A stretch of DNA of 60,919 nt from assembly GCA_910592345.1 (NCBI GenBank), contig CAJVPI010000072.1, forward strand, positions 1-60,919. The letters run 5' to 3'. Positions 53,740 to 60,919 of this stretch are shown here, piece by piece. This stretch comes from Paraglomus brasilianum (lineage: Eukaryota). The first letter of the stretch is position 1, and each line of letters starts with the position of its first letter. Position numbers and translations under genes: made by a program. The notes beneath the pieces are model-generated. The model was not told where the DNA came from and made no database searches. It saw only the letters and a program-made list of their open reading frames with translations.

Positions 53740-54170
53740 AAGGTCTCCTCGACCAATAACAAAATAGCTGCGTTGGGAATAAGGGGAGAAGTTTTCGCCA
53801 ATCGCGAACAATATGGCGATGCCCTAAATGATCACAAAACCCAGCGATGCAATTGTGCTGAGGTTAAGGGGGAAAAGTATTACATAGTCTCAATGCGTCA
53901 CTAAACATTGAACTAGATAGTGCGAGGCCTTAAAAGACCTCGGTAAATTATTTATAAACTTGGACAATAAGAGCATGCATTACATGTCTCAACGAATTGT
54001 TAGAAATGGATCCAAATGATACAATATCGTTGAAATTAAGGGGAGTGTTTCTCAACCTCAAGAACTATAATAGGATTTATCTATATTGAGTATTAGTGTT
54101 AAATAGCAAGTTTTAGATGGAACAACAGTTTTAGCACAAGCTTTGGAATTAGATTTCACTTTACTTTTTG
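53740..54170 (+). pseudogene. TPR-repeat protein remnant
   Basis: ALGIRGEVFANREQYGDALND, PSDAIVLRLRG and LLEMDPNDTISLKLRG match the TPR consensus (ALxxRGxxYxxxxxYxxALxD; LExxPNxxxxLxxRG). Frameshifted. Confidence 0.7.
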
Positions 54171-57057
54171 AGCGAAGATTATTATCAAGTATATTAATAT
54201 ATTTAGCTTGGGCACATTCTTAAATCTTGTAACAGTAAGCAGAATTAACCAATAGGTCGTCTAAATACGAGACAATATTGATATTAATATATTAATATAG
54301 CCTTGTGATGATTTATTAATTATCAATTACTGCTACTATCTTTCAATATGCTCACAGAGATATGTGTCGGGAGACTTGGGAATTATTTCTTTGAGTTTTT
54401 CATATTTTCTTTCATAAGTGTTCACAGCAATTGAATGTTCAGAGCATATATATAATAATAAACTATTCACATTTAATTTACTATTACCTCATCGGAGCGG
54501 AATGGCGGGACGGGTACATATCTCACATTTCCACTAATCTCGGGTGAGAACGCTTTCTTAATCTTACTTTTATGCAGCAGAATAAAAAGCATCGAAACGT
54601 GTTTAAACGGAAATGGTTCCAATGGCTCAAGACTCGCAATCAGACTTTACGGAGCTCAATCTATTAGGTCACTACAATCTATTATTATTACGTCAACAGC
54701 CAATCGAAGAATTGTCATTGGTTATTATAAGCCACGTGATAGGGGTTTGCTGTACCAAATATCTATTGCCTTATATGGTGGGGGTACTTTACACGGGGCA
54801 CTAGTCAGCGCTCTATGGTATTTATTGTGTAACACGCTTCTCCTTAAATTCTATTGGTAATTGTAGTCACGTTTTTATGGGCCAAGAATACACTCTTCAT
54901 AAAGATCGAGCCATATGTAGATTGTCATATGTTGTCTCTGCATGCTTGGTTCTGCAATGTCTCGATTACTAGAAGTAAGAATTAGTTGTCTTAATCACTG
55001 GATATCCACGTGTGTTTGCTATCTAATGGAGATAGATCTTATCTACCGAGTTTTAATCGCAATTTTCTTTAATGCCGATTAGCAGGCTTTGCAAATGTTT
55101 TTATTGCTATTTGATAGAAGAATGGCAGTGAAATACCGTCTGATATTAGTCACCAAAGGAATAGACAGATTAATCTTGTGAGGGCTCTGTTCATGTTAAG
55201 AGCAAATACAGTAACTAGACTGCAAGGGCAATTAAACCCGGAGCAAGCCCAGGCGGAAAGTTGAATGGCGTCAATGCGGGAGAGCCTTGGAAACCGAAAT
55301 AAACCCGCCAAATTTGAGGTGATTTTTTTACCTCTCGGGAACGTAAGTATAAGACTTGATTTACTGTACTGAATTCAAGTGGAAGATCGTTGCGATATTT
55401 GGAAAAGTGTACATCACTATAATTGGTAATAGAATCCATCTGACTATAATTTAGAATGATCGCGTGTTAAGAGGCGTTAAGGCTATTCGAACGTAATTAT
55501 GGAGCGAGCTATGAAGAAAACAGGCCGATTTATCGACAGGTCTCGCAAATGTGGAGGGGTAGATATATAGAAGGCAATCATGTTACTCTCACCTGGCCTT
55601 TTAGATGCGCCCATGATGAGCATAGTTCATATCGTGCATTACTAGTAATTTGTCCTCATTCACCAAGTCATTTTCTCGATGAATGTTACAACTCGAAGTT
55701 GGCTCGGCCATCGGTAGCATTATTAGGACGTATGATGAAGTCGTTGTCGTTCAGGTTGCATCAGCGAACACTTATCTATTTCACTCGTAGGCTGTTTATT
55801 GCGTATTGCATCATAGAATTAATCTATGTTCGTCTTTTCTTTATAGAACATTCATAGAATATGGTTCAGATCTGTACCATTCGACCTATGTCACCAGTTG
55901 GTACTTGAAACCGTACATGCAGCAGAACTGGTTTCATTGTAGACAGGTAATAATTTAATTACCATGGCCTATATAATTTGCGCACACTTATACATATAGT
56001 AACATTAACTTCTATTCGTTTCAGGCTTGCTGAATGATAGATTAACTGAACCCTTATACGTCCTAGCAACAAAAAGAAAAGGGCTTGAGCACGTTTGCCA
56101 ATTCGTCGATTATATCCACGTTTCCTGGCTCGATGGAGGTCCAACCCTCTCGATCGGCAGACACGGCCAAGTTATGCATTCGGTGTTTCGTCAATTACTC
56201 AAAAGAAAAGAAAGCTGGCCAAATATGGCAAGCATTTGCTAACACAATTTCACTCCCAACTTCTATCTGGTAGCTTTGGGGCTTTTGCTAGTGGTTTATT
56301 ATCAGTAGTTTTGCTGCACGCTTCAAGTACAGACTACTTTACCCCAATAGCTACTGCCTCATGGCCGCTTACGTTGCTTTGACAAATCACATTCATTCAT
56401 CTCTAAAGAAGAACGCGTGCGGAAAGGCAATGAAATTAAATTGAAGATGATATTGTTACAGTCGGATGGTCTGGGGTTTGGGAGAGCGATTAATCTTTCG
56501 CGTAGGGTTTTCTTCCGACGGGGGGATGTTACCAGATTAGCTTCGTGCTACCGCTCTTAATACGGTAGATGTTCAATTAAGACTGAATTCTAATCTACAA
56601 GTGACCTATTTATATAATTAAATTAAATGCGCGCTTCTCAACTCCCTATCCGAGCTTCAAATCACTCGTGATTCCAAATAAGGGTGCCCACAATAAAATA
56701 TTTAATATTAAACAGGGCTATTACTATCTTCGATTTGGTATTTCGATTAGTCGGGTTCCGTCACTTGTCTCAAACTAATTAAACAATTTTCGTTTCAATA
56801 AATAATTATTCCTCAATCAAGAGTAATATATCAACGGTCAACTTATACAGCTTAAATGAGCCGCTTATGGACGCTTACAGCTTGAGTGAGCCGTTTATTA
56901 GTGTGTCCGGTCAAATAATTAATGAAAGAAAGTAAAGTTTCGATTTCAAAAGGGAATCGTTTATTTGATTATTATTCCATGGAGCGGGAATTATTGTTCT
57001 AATAACCTGAACAATATTTTATAACATGAACAATATTTACAACTTATACAGCATTAA

Positions 57058-57350
57058 CACTGATACTGCAGATATGTTGACTGTACAAGATGAGGTTGGT
57101 CTGGTGAATGAAATACGCATATGCAAATGACAGAGCAAAAGACAATGTATGCTAACACTGATTTCTTTGTTACCAGGTTACAAAGCGGATCATTATATCT
57201 TTTGCATTTAGGACTCAGATCGAGCGCGGTAAAAAAGATAGTGGAAAGTAGTAATATCAGGCGCGGGTTTCTAATCGTAGTAATTATGGGTAAAGAATAA
57301 GCAAGAAGCATACCATGAATTGTCATGAATGAAGATATGTACCAAAGGCG
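57058..57350 (-). repeat. Dispersed paralogous segment, copy 2 (partner at 39670-39935); hydrophobic ORF remnant
   Basis: See copy 1. ORF 57054-57326 is hydrophobic (LILLLSTIFFTAL, VLAYIVFCSVICICVF). Confidence 0.75.
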
Positions 57351-59115
57351 CGTAAGAATAAATATTGAATTGGGTCGATTATGGGAAGATCAGAACTCGT
57401 ATAAAGACTTTCGTGTTCTATATACATACGCCTTAGTATCTACATTCACTTAGTATTAGTATTCTTGGACTTGAAACCTCGTATCAGTCGAGTAATTTAT
57501 TCAACGTTGATAGCAAAGAATAATTTGGTTAATTCTAAGTGATTAAGAGATGGAATACTTCTCTAGCTTACAAATAAATGATATCGAATGAGTAGGACTT
57601 CCTTCCTTTAATAGAATAAGTACTAATTTTTTCAAGTGTCTTTGTTATAAGTACAATCGCAGTACCTGAAAAAGTTATAGTTGTTACTAATAATATTTTA
57701 CAAGTAATTTCTCATAGTCCTTCGTGTCAGGTAGACTTTGTCTTCCCCCTCATCTATATTACCGGCCAACTCTCCCATTTCCTCCGACCGTAAATGGATC
57801 TGTGTGTGCGGCAGGCGGGTGGTGATGTTTGTCGGCAGAAGCGGGCGGCCGTTTCTCCGTTTCCTCACTGATCGTTTCTTTTCTGCTGGGTCGTTGGCTT
57901 TGATTTCATTGGTGGAATATGATATTTGCCGTCTGGTAAAATACTTGACTGCCTCTTTTGTGGATGGGAACGTGGTTCTTGGTCATCTAACGTGAGGCTA
58001 AGCTCCCCCCCCCCCCCAGTGTATGGGAGGAAGAAATGCCTGCTGAGAACTTTGGTGAAGTTGTCCACTGATTTTCAGCAGAGTAGACAGTTGCTTGCTT
58101 CTGTTATTTTCGATTTCAAAGATAATGTTGAGATGAAGGAGTTTATCAACTCCTAATATTCGGCTTATAAAGATATAACTGTTGACAATTATAAATTATA
58201 TATAGCTTCAGAACCCTCGACTAGTTACGCGTCCTTTCCCATTACACGAGCTGCCATGAATGACGGTTTTTTGTGCGCCCCTTGAGCGTGAAACGTCCAG
58301 AAACTGTACTTCAAAGTAGGCTGGCCACAGTTTAAGAACAGCAGTAATAGTAACGTAGTATTACAATTATATATAATTAGTAGGAATAGATAGATCAAGG
58401 GTTCACAACATTTGTACGCCATCTGACTGTTGCGAACAGCATCCATGTCCCATTCCCTTTATAATATTAATATTTACAAAAAAATTAAAGAACTTAAACT
58501 TTTATAACGAAGCGACATATGACCGTGACGTCGATGATATCGACGATATTGTACGATGTACTTAACGGGGGCGATATCCGCCGCTTTTTTATAGTAGTAA
58601 GTTCTCTTCCAGCTATTAGGAGTGGTAAATACGACAATTAGTAGTGATGGTGGTCGTGGCAAGTGTTTATGCAGCAATGAAATTCTTATATCATCCGCTT
58701 CTCTTCATATAACGTAAATTAACGGAGCGCAATATAAGTTATCAATACATATTCACCGTTTTGCTAACCGTTTTGTTACTTGTTATGTTCTTTTCGTAGG
58801 CTATTTATGTATTTATGCTCGCCCTGACTATGGGGGGGGGGGGCAGCTACTAAAATAAGAGGTGCCTCGTTTTAACGTGGTAATTATATTTTACTTTCTG
58901 CCTGAACGTACACATTGGTATTTATATTGCTTTTTTTTGTTTCAGAAAAATTTGGCTTGTCCGTACGCAAAAGTTCGTACGTGACTTACGAGAACGAACG
59001 TATCGTCGTTCTCAGTGAAAGCTCTCATGGAGCAACCACCCAACACTTCAGCAAACTCGCCGCCTAATCTATAGACGACAACTTGTTGAAAGAAAACAAG
59101 CCATTTGGCTAAATG

Positions 59116-59289
59116 TTACCAATCCCTATACGGGTGGTAACCGATTATAATTTTAAAGAGTAGAAGAAATAATTGGTGGATATAACCCGTTGTCTCAATT
59201 TTACCAATCCCTATACGGGTGATAAGCAATTATAATTATCTTTATCTTTTAAAGAATAGAAGAAATAATTGGTGGATATAACCCGTTGT
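59116..59289 (+). repeat. Imperfect tandem duplication (~80-90 bp, two copies)
   Basis: ttaccaatccctatacgggtg...tttaaaga.tagaagaaataattggtggatataacccgttgt at ~59116 and ~59201. Confidence 0.9.
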
Positions 59290-60422
59290 TATGGGATACT
59301 AACAGTTTCAATTTTCTTTGTAACTGACATATAATGTAATAGTGAATGATGTATATTAATATGTATCACATCGCTTAAACAAACATACAGTGTGTTATTA
59401 GTCTACAATATTGTGTGATGCCAAATTAAAATTGTCCAGAATTTATAATTTAGCATAAAGTATATTTCCATCGCCATCATTTGCTGCATGAACTTACCAT
59501 TTATGACATATTCTTGATATTTATTCGTTCTTTATATTCTCCATTTCCTAAAATATTTTCCATTTCCTAAAATATTTTCCGCATTAACCAACAAATACCG
59601 GGAAATTTATACCTTTATACTTGATACTAGACTATACCCTCCCACCACCCTCTTGAGGGGGGGTGTATTTATTACATTTTCGCTTATTGTACCGCTCTTA
59701 TTACGTCATCGTATTAGTGTTAAATACTCTTGTGACGATTACTAAAACGGAATAAATCAAATATTCAATTCTTTAATTTTTCCCCATTTCCTCATTATTA
59801 TCTCTCCCAACCCACACACATTATCATAATACGCAATCAAACTAAAAATCCGGATATATCGATTTCCTACATAAATAAAGATAGTTATGACACAATTCTC
59901 AACATATTTGTATTACATAACAATAAAAACCTTATTGTATAATATTTCCATTAGTATCTTTTTTGATCTACATAACGATTCCCTAAAAAGATAAATATTC
60001 AACTACCGCTACCCTTATGTCTTCTTCGATGTACTGTACGTGTAACCAAATAAAAATTACATTAGAGATTTGACTCATCCATTCTCCTAACTTATTAAAT
60101 AATACCAACATAGTAAATCACATAGTGAATTAATTGATGACTCATGCCGTATTGCTATTATTCTTGTAAACACTGTCATAACGAAGAATACAAAAATTTC
60201 CTTCGATGATGCACCAAATTTGACATCACATTCAATACCTAATAACAATCTCTTTCACTACACTTACCTTTTCATATACAAGAGAAATACGCATTCTGTT
60301 CTCATTTCCAGCACATTATAAATACGACAGACACATTTCCTTCACATTGTACACTTGGGAAAAAACAAACAGTTTTTCTTTAACATCATATCTCCTATTC
60401 AAACAAACAAACAAAAAAAAAC

Positions 60423-60845
60423 ATGTTCGTGCACTTCGACTCAACTGCTGTACACGTGCTTAATGTTCGAACGGAAATTAAACCAGAATATCAATTACTA
60501 AAAGCTGATGGTAGATTCCTAAACTTCGCCAACGAACCCATTACCATTTATTTCGATGTCTATGTACCAAAAAATAATCCCGACTGGACCGCCACGACAA
60601 CATTCGTAGTTGATGACAACTTGGTTACGAGCAATCAGCGTGATCAAATCATTGGCCCAAATGCGTAACAACATTACTGTATTCCCATCCAAGCCACGCA
60701 ATATATTTCTGGCAGTGGACCCACACTCCGTCTCGCAGAATACGATATTACAGCCCGTCATGATACTAACAAAAAAAATCTTCAAGAAAGAACAAAAAAA
60801 GCAAAAATTGGCTCTACAGTATCCATTGTCGGAGAACTAGACATA
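60423..60845 (+). pseudogene. Disrupted gene with possible OB-fold-like beta-rich domain(s), truncated by a Tc1 insertion
   Basis: TATAAATA at ~60316, an A-rich leader and ATG at 60423. Beta-strand-rich translation (PITIYFDVYVP...), an in-frame stop at 60666-60668, then KKAKIGSTVSIVGELDI, which resembles the OB-fold beta4 pattern KxGxxVxIxGxL. Confidence 0.45.
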
Positions 60846-60919
60846 CAGTGGTGTTCAAAAAAAATGGCACAAAATTTAGAAATAATCTGCATATACGTAA
60901 CTCGACCAGTTTTCAAAAT
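60846..60919. mobile_element. Tc1-type terminal inverted repeat; the element continues beyond the window
   Basis: TA|CAGTGGTGTTCAAAAAAAATGGCACA is a typical Tc1 terminus and falls exactly where the upstream protein-like sequence stops. Confidence 0.75.

Noticed and set aside
54790..54806. Helitron 3' end (cacggggcactagt)
   Set aside because: No upstream hairpin partner and no Rep/helicase remnants seen.
58425..58460. GMGHGCCSQQ resembling the glutamate-cysteine ligase motif GFGMGCCCLQ
   Set aside because: Too short and divergent, with no flanking similarity.

Overview
AT-rich eukaryotic genomic DNA with short GT-AG introns. It is most consistent with an early-diverging fungus (Mucoromycota, probably Glomeromycotina), judged from TKL kinases with WCxxC/WTxGN N-termini, an Ig-like membrane-protein family, TPR and HMG-box remnants, and Tc1/mariner elements. 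I found no clearly intact gene in 61 kb. The window is mostly decayed DNA: broken copies of conserved genes (SMC5, RdRP and cytoplasmic dynein heavy chain with introns retained; short Dicer and NDUFS2 fragments; probably a chitin deacetylase), Tc1/mariner relics, MITEs, local tandem duplications and CpG-free tracts. The most unusual object is at about 18120-22190 (- strand). It appears to be one pseudogenised gene made of about seven head-to-tail modules of [CxxC..WCxxC knuckle + WTxGN + kinase N-lobe only], followed by one complete kinase domain, with an intron at the same position in five modules. All family calls come from manual translation and recalled motifs; no searches were run.
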